In this document: positions 36,849 through 46,778 of the stretch, piece after piece
Layout: every line of letters begins with the position of its first letter
Position numbering within the stretch: the stretch's first letter is position 1
Virus record (IMG/VR): IMGVR_UViG_3300035698_021037
Coordinates: 1,903-65,902 of that record
From: a virus
Lineage: Duplodnaviria > Caudoviricetes
Direction: 5' to 3' (one strand)
DNA length: 64,000 nt
Translations under genes and position numbers: made by a program
The notes under the pieces: generated by a model
What the model saw: only the letters and a program-made list of their open reading frames with translations
The model's database searches: none
What the model was told of the DNA's origin: nothing

Positions 36849-38261
36849 CTATTCCTTTTGAAGCGGAGGTAACAATTCAACAGTTTCAGAAATAGCAGAC
36901 GCTGACGTTACTGTGTCGCTTCCACTAATTGTACCTTGTACAGCTAAATTTATAGCTATTGTTGACCCAAGCCTAGATACACCTTCGTCATCATTTCTAA
37001 GCTCTAGCCCAAAAGTATAGCGCATCCAGCGTGTTCCTGCTAGATCTTCTGTAGTTGTAACTATCCACGTATGTCCCCAGATTCCTCCAGGGTCTACCTG
37101 TACAGTTCCAGCGCCATCTGAGGTGAATAACCCGGATTTATCCGAGTAGAGTCCAAGCATGGCGATAGATGGAGACGCGGAGAAGTAAAACCTAATTGGA
37201 CCCTTTACATCGCAGGGTTGTGAGTTCGTAGCCATACCCATGACAAGCAACCCGAATCCAGGTTTCGGTATGATTTTTACTACAGCCTTCAAACCTATCT
37301 CACGCGTAGCTTTCTGAGCCATCCATTCAGCTCGAAGTCTATTATATGTTGTTCGCAGCGCCTGTAACGTATTCGACATGTTTTTAGCACGATTCCAAAG
37401 TCCTTGAAGCGCTAAATACGTTTTGACGTAATCTTCACAGTCACAGCAAGGCCCACAGTCGTTGTGCAGTTTGAGCGCATGATCTACCACTAAAGCATTA
37501 CCACCGGAGTAAAGAGAAGGCCGTTCAATCCAGTAACAATCTTTTGGGATAATCCGCATATCTCCATCTACAGTAGACTGCCCGTTGATGGTGATTAGGG
37601 GCTGCGTGACTCCACTACACGGCTCTTTGTAAACACCAAGCCCTGCTCCGGTTTCGGCCGTGAACTCAACTTTCGTGGGATCACGCACTTCGTCCGTGTC
37701 TTCAAAAGGAATCTCTGGAAGCGCTATTCGTCCACCTTTGGTTTGTCCGGAGAGCGCTACTTCCGCGTTATAGCCACTACTTAACTGAATCTCATCGGTG
37801 AAATCCCATAGCGGTGTGACCAGCTTGTTAACACGCAAAGGCCTACGATAAAAGGTGGAGTCAGTCAGCCGAGCTCCTGCAGGAGATAAAGGGAAAGAGA
37901 AATCCGAGATGCGATCGGTGACGAGCGTAATACGACAAACTTCTGTTCCCTTAATCCATTCAATAACGCTCCACCGGCCATAGGAAGAGTATTTCGATAT
38001 AACAGATCCCGTCGTACTATCGAAAAGCATGGTATAGTCGGTATCGCGTATCTTGATGTTGTAAGAGCTCCCAGACACGTCAACATGAAGATAATTAAGT
38101 AGCGCTGGATAAACACTGTCGTTTTCGTGCAACAGATAGAAATCAACAACAAGATTTTCCAAGCCAGAGGGGTCGCTAACCTTATTCAGAAAAGGATAAG
38201 GAATGGACATCCTTGAACTAAGAATACCTATAGAAGAGCTTGGAACTGTTGTTATTACCAT
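36849..38261 (-). CDS. putative baseplate-associated paralog
   Basis: YPF, TINGQ, CGPCCDC, then a coiled coil. Confidence 0.5.
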   Translation of the reverse strand: MVITTVPSSSIGILSSRMSIPYPFLNKVSDPSGLENLVVDFYLLHENDSVYPALLNYLHVDVSGSSYNIKIRDTDYTMLFDSTTGSVISKYSSYGRWSVIEWIKGTEVCRITLVTDRISDFSFPLSPAGARLTDSTFYRRPLRVNKLVTPLWDFTDEIQLSSGYNAEVALSGQTKGGRIALPEIPFEDTDEVRDPTKVEFTAETGAGLGVYKEPCSGVTQPLITINGQSTVDGDMRIIPKDCYWIERPSLYSGGNALVVDHALKLHNDCGPCCDCEDYVKTYLALQGLWNRAKNMSNTLQALRTTYNRLRAEWMAQKATREIGLKAVVKIIPKPGFGLLVMGMATNSQPCDVKGPIRFYFSASPSIAMLGLYSDKSGLFTSDGAGTVQVDPGGIWGHTWIVTTTEDLAGTRWMRYTFGLELRNDDEGVSRLGSTIAINLAVQGTISGSDTVTSASAISETVELLPPLQKE

Positions 38262-39190
38262 TAAGTGCTACAAGGCAGTTCGCCGGTCTTAGACGCAATC
38301 AAATTCGTTTGCATTTGAGAAATTGCGCCCTGTAACCGCGCCGCCAAGTTCTCCAAAGTTTGTACCTGGTTACCTACATGCTGCATTGCGCGTACAACTT
38401 CAGCTAACTCATCGCAACCGCAGCAAGGCTTAGAACACTCATCATCAATAGTAATGGCGTTTTCGGCTGCGCTAATGACAACGCATTCCATACCAGCGAG
38501 AATAAAATTACCACTTTCATCAGGAGTTACACCGTTGATGGAAACAATAGGTGTCGCGTCTGAACTGTCAATACATTCACATTCCTGCGAAAGTCCGGCG
38601 CCTTGAATCGCATCAAACTGTATCTGTTGGGTGGCGCCAACCACAGAGTAAGACAATCTGAAGTTCGTTCCCGCTACAAACTGTACATCTCCCTGAATAG
38701 GATCTGACTGTTCACTACCATTGACGAGGACAATTCCTGTAACCGCGCGAATGTCGGGACGTGTAGCACAAGCTTCAATACGCGCCCCAGTGACGTCGAA
38801 TGACCAGCTACCGCTAGGTTGTAGAAGCAAGTTATCTAGAAAACCAAACGTGATCTTACCTATAGAATCACTGAAATCCCCATACCCTCTCAGGGGTAAC
38901 GTCTGGAAATTGACAAAGGTACTAAAGGCTACGCTGACAGATCCAATCGCTGTTCCGTTATATCCTAAAACGACGGTTACGCCTTCGCCAAAGATTGTAA
39001 GAGTTTTTATGTGAAATAGAGTGCTGTCAATCGTATCGTTGGTATGATACGGAAACACTAAGTCCACGAAAAAGTCATCAGGAATCCTAAAGGCTCCCGT
39101 GGTATCATACAAGGTAGCCGCCTCGGACAACGGATAATTACGATTAGCGTTAGTCGTTAACCAACCAGCATTCCAAATATCTGTAGCCAT
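38261..39190 (-). CDS. putative baseplate-associated paralog
   Basis: WLTTNANRNYPL, SINGVTPD, CSKPCCGC, then a coiled coil. Confidence 0.55.
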   Translation of the reverse strand: MATDIWNAGWLTTNANRNYPLSEAATLYDTTGAFRIPDDFFVDLVFPYHTNDTIDSTLFHIKTLTIFGEGVTVVLGYNGTAIGSVSVAFSTFVNFQTLPLRGYGDFSDSIGKITFGFLDNLLLQPSGSWSFDVTGARIEACATRPDIRAVTGIVLVNGSEQSDPIQGDVQFVAGTNFRLSYSVVGATQQIQFDAIQGAGLSQECECIDSSDATPIVSINGVTPDESGNFILAGMECVVISAAENAITIDDECSKPCCGCDELAEVVRAMQHVGNQVQTLENLAARLQGAISQMQTNLIASKTGELPCST

Positions 39191-39208
39191 TGCTAAAGCT
39201 TTCCTTCA

Positions 39209-41110
39209 CTACGATCCCGAATGAGAGGAAGACGAAGAGCTTGAAGATAACGCCGATTCGATGAGATATCCTACGCGCATGATTCCAACTTCGCCCGAAT
39301 ATCCATCACTCGCAGCTCTCTTTAATGAGAAGAAAACAACGTCACCCTCTTCAACATCGAACTGTGAGCTTTCGACTTCGATATATTGGTTAGCGGATAA
39401 GGCGCCACAAAGCTGCGGTTTGATATTTCCAACAAGTTCAGTGTCTGTCAAAGGCAAATTCTTAGCGGTACAGCCCGTAGGCCTGTTAACGGTTCTATAT
39501 GTGAAATCCATACCAGGTAGCGTGCCGGCCGCTCGCGCCATTACCCAAAACCATACCTTAAGCTTTGGAGAAGTAGGAAGACCACTCCTTGGGATCTCAA
39601 CCTTACAACGAAGCTCAGAATCGAAACCAGTAGGCATCCCCAGATAAAATACAGCCTGAATCGTCTGTTCACGAACATTATCCAACCCAACGAGTTCTAT
39701 ACCGCCTTCCTTTTGATCCGAACCAGGAATAACGGCGTCAATCGTTACTGTGCCTTGATACCCGGTAGCGACACTTCCGCGAGAGCCACTGATGTTAACG
39801 TTTGATCCAGGCTTGATCTTTTCAACAACATACCCCTTGTTAGCCGTAAGGCCTGTAAAAGATTTGATGACCAGATCGCCGTCAACGGGTAAAGGAGCCT
39901 CTGAAAGCTCCAGGTCAATATCGAGATAAAGGTCACCGGAAGTAGCTGCGACTCCGCTGCAATTCGTAACCTCTAGCGCAGATCCATCAATGGGTCTCAA
40001 GCTTGTTACTACGGCATCACTTGTTTTGTAAACCATCTTGGTAAACCAGAGTGTCATTGACATCTGACTCAGGTCACCATGACCCGTCATGTAACTCAAC
40101 GGGGGCCCCTCTTCACAGGAACTGCTTGACCAGTAATGGGAGGAGCTGCTACTGGATGAAGATCCGTCTACTCCGCTAGACCAGCTAGAAGATGAGCTGT
40201 CACAAGGCTCAAATTCAGGAGGCCAAGGTCCGTGCCCATAACAGTCTTTCATCCACCAGATACCGTTGATATCAATTATGCAGGTTCCTGCCGCGCCAAG
40301 ATCTACGGCATAGCCATTCTGATCAAGATAGACACTTCCGGCGGGTACGGGAGGCCATACGTTTTGTAGTTCGGGATGCATAGCCAGGTTGTACCCAAAC
40401 TTTGCCCCTTCTGGAGCCGTTCCACCAAAAACCGAGTTATCGGCGGGCAACCACCCAGGAACGTTTGGATTGACGTCCAATAAATGATGACGATCGCCGT
40501 ATTCAAGACACGCGGCTAGGCCGGCAGGCTGCGCATACAGATCAAATCTATAATGGATATGTCCATCAAGCACATCTTTTGGCATCGGATTGATCAACGC
40601 CGTGCTGGAATCCATGAGAGTCATCACAAAGACGCCCACAGGAGGGCGTGAGAGCGTCAATGTTCCTGCTGAGGTAGATCCTAGGTAATACTGCCCTGGA
40701 GTAGCTGTAGCCCCGCCCAGGGTCGTGGAGAAGTCAAAATCTTCCAGCAAGCCGGAGAGAATAACATCAGCAGTTGTGGCGCCACTCTTTGAAATGACAA
40801 TTCCAGAGACATACGCGCTATCTGATACGTGAACGATGCCTCCAGTAATCTCCGTAGTTGTGGTGGCCAGCGCTTTTTCATACCTCGCGTCCGTGGAATT
40901 CCAATAAACTGGATTACCAATCTCCACGTCGGATTTTACAGCGACACTCCTATGATAGAGCGCCTGCCCTTCTGAGATTAACTCCAACATATCTTTCAGG
41001 TAATCCGTACGACCCATCAGCTGAGTCAGCGCACGGTTTGGCGTGGCTTGTCGTACCTGTTCTCCGTCAACTACCAGATCAATTTGATGTTCCCAAGGCG
41101 TTAATGCCAT
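39209..41110 (-). CDS. putative tail fibre/baseplate protein with poly-Ser
   Basis: DGE.V....NR.L.QL..RT.YLK fibre-like N-terminus; internal and C-terminal Ser tracts. Confidence 0.55.
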   Translation of the reverse strand: MALTPWEHQIDLVVDGEQVRQATPNRALTQLMGRTDYLKDMLELISEGQALYHRSVAVKSDVEIGNPVYWNSTDARYEKALATTTTEITGGIVHVSDSAYVSGIVISKSGATTADVILSGLLEDFDFSTTLGGATATPGQYYLGSTSAGTLTLSRPPVGVFVMTLMDSSTALINPMPKDVLDGHIHYRFDLYAQPAGLAACLEYGDRHHLLDVNPNVPGWLPADNSVFGGTAPEGAKFGYNLAMHPELQNVWPPVPAGSVYLDQNGYAVDLGAAGTCIIDINGIWWMKDCYGHGPWPPEFEPCDSSSSSWSSGVDGSSSSSSSSHYWSSSSCEEGPPLSYMTGHGDLSQMSMTLWFTKMVYKTSDAVVTSLRPIDGSALEVTNCSGVAATSGDLYLDIDLELSEAPLPVDGDLVIKSFTGLTANKGYVVEKIKPGSNVNISGSRGSVATGYQGTVTIDAVIPGSDQKEGGIELVGLDNVREQTIQAVFYLGMPTGFDSELRCKVEIPRSGLPTSPKLKVWFWVMARAAGTLPGMDFTYRTVNRPTGCTAKNLPLTDTELVGNIKPQLCGALSANQYIEVESSQFDVEEGDVVFFSLKRAASDGYSGEVGIMRVGYLIESALSSSSSSSSHSGS

Positions 41111-41123
41111 GATTCATCCTCGC

Positions 41124-41810
41124 TTATGTGCAGCGAATTACCCACGCGCAACCAATCTCGTAGTTATCCGCTTTCAGGACCTTATCGACATAGGTGCGCG
41201 CGAAAACCACATCGCTCGCTTGCGTGTTCCACTCCGGTGAAGCGATAAGACCCACACCGAAAACAGCGCTATTATTCGACGCTGAGAAAGGTAGATTGGA
41301 TATTGCCCCAAGCGCCCCCTGAGTCGCAGCGTAGAAGGTAACCTGGTTAGAGGAGTATTTTGATCCATCTGAAGCTGCGAGCGCCGGAGAAACGGTCAAA
41401 GGTACTCGAATGACGTCATAAGGATCTGATAACCCGTTGTAGTAGTCGATTCCTCCGCTTCGATCAAACGTTGGAGTCGTAATAGGGTCTGTGGGCAGCG
41501 TGAGATTCTTGAATTCAAAGTACATACTAGCCACCCGGTAATCCTGATCACCGGTTAAACAGGACGCTATAATGTCGGCGCCACTATAGGTGATAAGATT
41601 AGGCCCGTCCACCATACGGGCAATACGCATTGTCTTAGGATCATAGAGGAAGACACGAACGAAGCCTCGAGACTGTTGCGTCGCTGGAAAGTCATCAATA
41701 GCGCAGGGTCTAGAGAGAACCCTATTTACGGACCTTCTGTGTTTACGCAGCTCTCTGACGTCTCTGGCAAAGCTTGGAGTCAGGATTTTATCTCGCAGAT
41801 TACTGTTCAT
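41124..41810 (-). CDS. putative baseplate/tail collar protein
   Basis: NLITYSG and GL...VFAR..K....W.I motifs typical of fibre-attachment proteins. Confidence 0.5.
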   Translation of the reverse strand: MNSNLRDKILTPSFARDVRELRKHRRSVNRVLSRPCAIDDFPATQQSRGFVRVFLYDPKTMRIARMVDGPNLITYSGADIIASCLTGDQDYRVASMYFEFKNLTLPTDPITTPTFDRSGGIDYYNGLSDPYDVIRVPLTVSPALAASDGSKYSSNQVTFYAATQGALGAISNLPFSASNNSAVFGVGLIASPEWNTQASDVVFARTYVDKVLKADNYEIGCAWVIRCT

Positions 41811-41820
41811 TGATAAGCCC

Positions 41821-43434
41821 TCAGCTACAGGTCAAAGATACAGGCCAGACGCGCACATGAACTTCGCCGCACGCCGCACCGGAATGAGATAGAAAGTTAC
41901 CGTAAACTGTTTCTTCAGAAGGCGCTACTGAAAGTAACATCGTAGGAGTGTCTTGACATCCGGCTTTCAGCGCCGTGCCGGCTTCCGATACTTCAACATA
42001 TTCTATTTCCGGACTCAACTCAATATAGATCAAGTAGGTGGTATGTGGAGCTATCACATTTCTGAGATAACGAAGACATAAAACGCCGGGAGCGTCTGCA
42101 GAAAACGCCGACGCGTTGAGACGAATAAGAAACATGTTGTTGGCAAAGAAGTTCTCTACCAAGAATTGTACAGGATTAATCGTTGCTGGAAGATACTCCG
42201 CCGTAGTTTCGAGCGTAGGGTTGTCTCGTGTATCTAATAGTGCTGCAAGAGTTTGAGCGCCTTCTGTCTTACCGAGCGTCTGTGCGTCTGTCCAAAACTT
42301 CTCCATGTCAGCCGGGAATCCAGATACTTCAAAAGTCACGATAGCTCGATTATCGGCGTCTAGTCCGCCATAATCAACCGTCACAGTTTTATTCTCAAAA
42401 ACCAGCTCACCGTAATAGCCACCAGAAAGGAATTGCGGCCCAAGCGAGATTGAGGGGATGCTTGAGTAATCTGGATCGTTACCCGCGAGCTCAATGACTT
42501 CAATATCACTCACCAAAGTATCACCGGCGTGAACAGTATCTTCCACGCTTACATCTACTGTAGCGGCAAGCGGGAATCGGTAGACGTTACAATTTGTGAT
42601 AACAAGTTTCGATTCAGTTTCGGTTCGAATAACTTTGACAACTTCTACAGCTTCTTCAACCATCGGAAGTCCGCTAAGGGCGGAAAGGAAACCTTGAATG
42701 TACTCCATAGCCGGCCCAGCAACGAAAGATGACCAGAAAGAGTTGAGCAAATCACGATAAAAGTCGCTGGAGTTTAATCTCATTCCAATCGCGTAGCCAA
42801 ACTGCGCGTATATTTGATCGAGATCCCACGCGCTGTTGTACAGCCATAAAGATACTTCCGTTTCCGTCTTATCACCAGTGACGTCGTCATAGGTTTCAAT
42901 TTGAGCGATGAGCGCGTCATTAAACGGATTTTCTCGGAACCTGATGATGTTCTTATCAAGATCTATTTCAAAATCCAGACCACCCGTCCACGTAACGCTT
43001 GGATAAATCACTCGATTAAGTATTTGATACCTACCCTGTTTAAGTCCGGCCGGCAGCGGAAACTCGTAAAGATTAGACGCCCCGGGTCCTCCATATTCGT
43101 AAACCTTTCCAACGGGACGAATAGGGTCGCTTCCATCCTGCGCCCCGTAGATAGCTCCCTCACCATAATAGAGAGGACGCGTGTTCATTTCACTCAGTTT
43201 GAGCGCTAGATGCGCCCAATTTTTCTTATGGAAAACAGGCACAGTAAATCGAGACAAGCAGGCTACTGTCTCCAGGAAATCAAGATAAGTTTGACCATGA
43301 GACCATCCCTGGTGACGTAAATGAGACTGCAACTTATGCGCATCCTCGAAAAAATACGTCCAAAATGTACCGAGGGCGTGGAGTAGGTCGCTGCCTCTTC
43401 GAAAGTCGTCTGCTGGGTAGATGGGTTCTGTCAT
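41821..43434 (-). CDS. putative baseplate wedge protein
   Basis: Follows the baseplate J-like gene; C-terminal IAPHT (P.H motif). Confidence 0.5.
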   Translation of the reverse strand: MTEPIYPADDFRRGSDLLHALGTFWTYFFEDAHKLQSHLRHQGWSHGQTYLDFLETVACLSRFTVPVFHKKNWAHLALKLSEMNTRPLYYGEGAIYGAQDGSDPIRPVGKVYEYGGPGASNLYEFPLPAGLKQGRYQILNRVIYPSVTWTGGLDFEIDLDKNIIRFRENPFNDALIAQIETYDDVTGDKTETEVSLWLYNSAWDLDQIYAQFGYAIGMRLNSSDFYRDLLNSFWSSFVAGPAMEYIQGFLSALSGLPMVEEAVEVVKVIRTETESKLVITNCNVYRFPLAATVDVSVEDTVHAGDTLVSDIEVIELAGNDPDYSSIPSISLGPQFLSGGYYGELVFENKTVTVDYGGLDADNRAIVTFEVSGFPADMEKFWTDAQTLGKTEGAQTLAALLDTRDNPTLETTAEYLPATINPVQFLVENFFANNMFLIRLNASAFSADAPGVLCLRYLRNVIAPHTTYLIYIELSPEIEYVEVSEAGTALKAGCQDTPTMLLSVAPSEETVYGNFLSHSGAACGEVHVRVWPVSLTCS

Positions 43435-43460
43435 TTTAGTAACAGCGTTACTCCATTGTC

Positions 43461-45101
43461 TTAAATTTCAACGACGTCCACCGTCTCGAAATCTACTGAA
43501 ATATTCGAGGGTACGGTTATAAACACCACGGTGCGGGATGAGACGCTATTTGTGTAGTCTATCGGAATTTCTAGAGCTGTATGCGCTCGATAGAGTATTG
43601 ACGATCCGTTTGGTTTATACAGCCTAGCTGATATCTCGATCGGGGATGCAATATACGCGTCGATTCCCAACACGTCCTTGACCGCAGCAATAATATCGGA
43701 TGTTTCCAACACCCCGGAGCCAAACCCTATAGAGTTGATGGTATCCGCGATAATCTGTTGAATGGCCGATTCGCTAGGTTTTGCCGTACCTGTTCTATAC
43801 TTAATGAGTAGAGACGCAGCCGTCCACGCTGGAATGGGCGCTCGTACTAAGTAATCCGCCTGAGGGTTACGTACCCCACGTTGATTGACGTAATCCTGCA
43901 ACGTATCGATACCTGGTAGATACCACACGTCACAATAATATGTGGCCGTGGCGCCGACAACACCAGATGAATCTGGATCCTTGAAACGTACAACCGCTGT
44001 TTGATACCTGGAATAGGCGCTCTCCACAGAACTCTCTACATTGATATAAGGCGCAAACTCAGAGCTTTCCTGCGATACATCAGTTCCACGAGCTTGATAA
44101 GTAACCTCTAAAGAGCCGGCAGAACTAGAGTCCTCGTAGACAGAAGAAAGAATGAGAAACCCAGGAGCGTCATCGCGCTCAATTCCAAATTGCCATTCCT
44201 TTGTAGTAACGTCAATCATTGTCGCTGTAACAGTTAGTGTCTTACGAATTGGGGCCTTTTGTGTCTGAACGTAAATATCTGCTTTGCCTCCATATCCGAT
44301 TCGAAAGATGTTATGCTTGTCTCGTAACATCTCCGCGTCTCCATAACCAACAATGGAGATTGATTCAATACCATCCAACTGATCTCGAAGTAACGCGGCT
44401 ATGTGTTGCCGACCAGACAATACGCTGGCGGTAACTCCATTCTTTAGTTTAGAAACAAGCTCAGAGTTCGTTTCTTGCGCCAGGCCACTGGAGAAGTCCA
44501 CAGCAGCTTCACTTAGAACCAGCGTTGCAGGGGCAGGGCTCATTGTTAAATCAACACCCTTCTCGATGTTGTAACCATCCCCTTCAGCAACAGCGATCAC
44601 AGGAATTGTAAACTCATAGGCGCCGTCATTACGTTGTATGATCAAACGCTCCGTAGCGCGAGTAACAGCTCCGGCGAGTGTGACTCCAATATACGTAGCC
44701 GCTGTCGTGAAAACGTAGCTTCCCGAGGTAAAAGTTGTACCATCGTTGATAATCGTTGTCTGCAGTGAGTTGATGATAATACGAACGTATCCCGTAGCCT
44801 TTGCCCCGGCGCTTCGATCAATAAGAAAGTTGGACATAATACCGTCCACGTAGCTCGAATCAGCAAGGGAAGGGTCGGCATTGATCGCAGCTAAAGACAT
44901 GCTGCGTTGTAACGCCGCGATGTCCTGTTGTTCCAGCGCATGGAAAATAGCTGCGACTCGAATAAGAAGATCGTTCCAGACGCTACCCGTCTTGAGATCA
45001 AGACTAGGATATTCATCTCCAAGAGTCTCACGGAGAAAGATCCTTGCCTGTTCAATCTCGTTGTCCGTTAACTTGCTGATATCAAATAGGGTTGTACTCA
45101 T
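43461..45101 (-). CDS. baseplate J-like protein
   Basis: R..G.KATG.V, GTTF, V.A...G..YN, G...ETN.EL, GG.ADIYV. Confidence 0.8.
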   Translation of the reverse strand: MSTTLFDISKLTDNEIEQARIFLRETLGDEYPSLDLKTGSVWNDLLIRVAAIFHALEQQDIAALQRSMSLAAINADPSLADSSYVDGIMSNFLIDRSAGAKATGYVRIIINSLQTTIINDGTTFTSGSYVFTTAATYIGVTLAGAVTRATERLIIQRNDGAYEFTIPVIAVAEGDGYNIEKGVDLTMSPAPATLVLSEAAVDFSSGLAQETNSELVSKLKNGVTASVLSGRQHIAALLRDQLDGIESISIVGYGDAEMLRDKHNIFRIGYGGKADIYVQTQKAPIRKTLTVTATMIDVTTKEWQFGIERDDAPGFLILSSVYEDSSSAGSLEVTYQARGTDVSQESSEFAPYINVESSVESAYSRYQTAVVRFKDPDSSGVVGATATYYCDVWYLPGIDTLQDYVNQRGVRNPQADYLVRAPIPAWTAASLLIKYRTGTAKPSESAIQQIIADTINSIGFGSGVLETSDIIAAVKDVLGIDAYIASPIEISARLYKPNGSSILYRAHTALEIPIDYTNSVSSRTVVFITVPSNISVDFETVDVVEI

Positions 45102-45583
45102 GTGATCGCTACCGTTACCGGATAGAAATATTCTCGGCTGTCGCCTGCTTCCGTAGTCAGGCGAACCCGCAGCATCAGCTTGTCGACTTCTATCGAAAAG
45201 TCGAGTAGCTCGATATCAATGAGTCGTTCATCATCCAGAATAGTTGGTACGTATCCGTTGGATTCCTCTGTTTCCCAGCGTGTGGAGAGCTTATCCAGGA
45301 TCTGCGTAGCCGCCATACTGAACTTAGCCTGTACATCGGCCTCCGTACGCAAACCCCCTCTTTGTAACTCATAGAGAAAGGAACAGCCCATTGTAGGATC
45401 GCCAGTGATGGAATCCTCGTCAGTTAGCAGCATCATGTAAAACAATTGAGCGACTTTCTGTGCGCCAGTTGTAATCTTTGCCGTATCTCCAAATTCTATA
45501 GTGATACGGCTTTCTCCCTCAGGAAGTCCTCCCTGAAAGATCAAAAGGTCATTCAATCGTCCTGTGTAGTCTGATGTAACCAC
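45098..45583 (-). CDS. gp25/GpW-like baseplate wedge protein
   Basis: TG.QK.AQ....LLT...S....P..G; immediately upstream of baseplate J. Confidence 0.7.
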   Translation of the reverse strand: MVTSDYTGRLNDLLIFQGGLPEGESRITIEFGDTAKITTGAQKVAQLFYMMLLTDEDSITGDPTMGCSFLYELQRGGLRTEADVQAKFSMAATQILDKLSTRWETEESNGYVPTILDDERLIDIELLDFSIEVDKLMLRVRLTTEAGDSREYFYPVTVAIT

Positions 45584-45591
45584 AAAATCTC

Positions 45592-46026
45592 CTAGTCAGA
45601 TCCTCCAGCGCCCATTATACGTTTTAAGTAACCCATATAGCTAAGATACATCGGACCCTGCGCCAGAGACTCAGAGCCTCCAGTAGCAGCCCTATGCGCA
45701 ATATCACGTATTCTCGTCCTATGTCGCGCGCGGTAGTGTCTTTCCATTGCGCCCAGCATATCAATAGCTAGGCAATCAAGGACCTCGTCACGTTTTTGCG
45801 CTGTTGGGTCCGATCTTGTAGCTTGAACGCGTATGCCGGCTTCATCACGATTGAAACAGTTATGGATAGCTACCGTATCCGCCGGCGCGGGATTACCTAA
45901 TCCGCCGCTATCAAAGAAATCAGGCCATTCGCGACGAGACTTTGCCACGACCGCTCTGTCTATCTTGCCCATGTTTTCCATGATCCACTTGATCTTGGAT
46001 TCCATGTTTTTATCTATTACGCCCAT
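45592..46026 (-). CDS. hypothetical protein
   Basis: 144 aa ORF overlapping the sigma factor stop. Confidence 0.5.
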   Translation of the reverse strand: MGVIDKNMESKIKWIMENMGKIDRAVVAKSRREWPDFFDSGGLGNPAPADTVAIHNCFNRDEAGIRVQATRSDPTAQKRDEVLDCLAIDMLGAMERHYRARHRTRIRDIAHRAATGGSESLAQGPMYLSYMGYLKRIMGAGGSD

Positions 46027-46775
46027 AGACTCGTATCCTCAGGTATCTTGGACTGGATCTTTGCCGCACGCTGCGATGCAGCGGAGGATGTCATGTTTAA
46101 TCGCTTTGCTATTTCTTGTGTGGATAAAATAGGCTTATCGTACATCCCCGTTTTCCACTCAAGTATTTGTTGATCGATCGGACCAAGGTCGAAGTGAACG
46201 AGTTCTAAAGTGATTTGATTCGGATCCTCTTTTTGCGTCCCAGAGAATATGGGGATACCTTGTTCATCAAAAGCGGAGCCTTCGTAAGCCTCTGGACTAT
46301 CATATTTGGATAGGAGTCTTACACGGCGGGTAGAGAGCCCAGTGTTGTCAGCCATCTCTGCGTCTGAAGGCTCTCGTCCAAGTTCGTTTGTCAGGTTTCT
46401 ACGTATAGATCCCATTCCGTATATCTCCCGGGACGCTTGTTCCGGGATACGAACACTTGTTCTCCTGCGGTGCGCGACACGATTAAGAGGTTGTAACTGA
46501 ATCATTAGATACGTACGAAGTCGCGTACCGCTTGATGGGTTGTATTTTCCGAACGCTTTAATAGCCAACATTTTCGCTTGTGCTATAACCTGATCCTGCT
46601 GTCCTCTTGCATAAGACGTTGCTGCGCTGTTAAGTGTAGGCATCGACGCATTCACCAACGTATTCAGGGTGTCCTGATTAGGATTGGCTTTCCATCTATC
46701 GAACTGCATATCCATATCGGATTTTACAGCTGGATTTTTGGACTGCATTTTATTTGCCTTGAGCGTAGGTTTCAT
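46017..46775 (-). CDS. sigma-70 family sigma factor (FliA/WhiG/SigF-like)
   Basis: YNPSSGTRLRTY (region 2), VRIPE, LGREPSDAEMA (region 3), STQEIAKRLNMTSSAASQ HTH (region 4). Confidence 0.85.
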   Translation of the reverse strand: MKPTLKANKMQSKNPAVKSDMDMQFDRWKANPNQDTLNTLVNASMPTLNSAATSYARGQQDQVIAQAKMLAIKAFGKYNPSSGTRLRTYLMIQLQPLNRVAHRRRTSVRIPEQASREIYGMGSIRRNLTNELGREPSDAEMADNTGLSTRRVRLLSKYDSPEAYEGSAFDEQGIPIFSGTQKEDPNQITLELVHFDLGPIDQQILEWKTGMYDKPILSTQEIAKRLNMTSSAASQRAAKIQSKIPEDTSLWA

Positions 46776-46778
46776 ATC

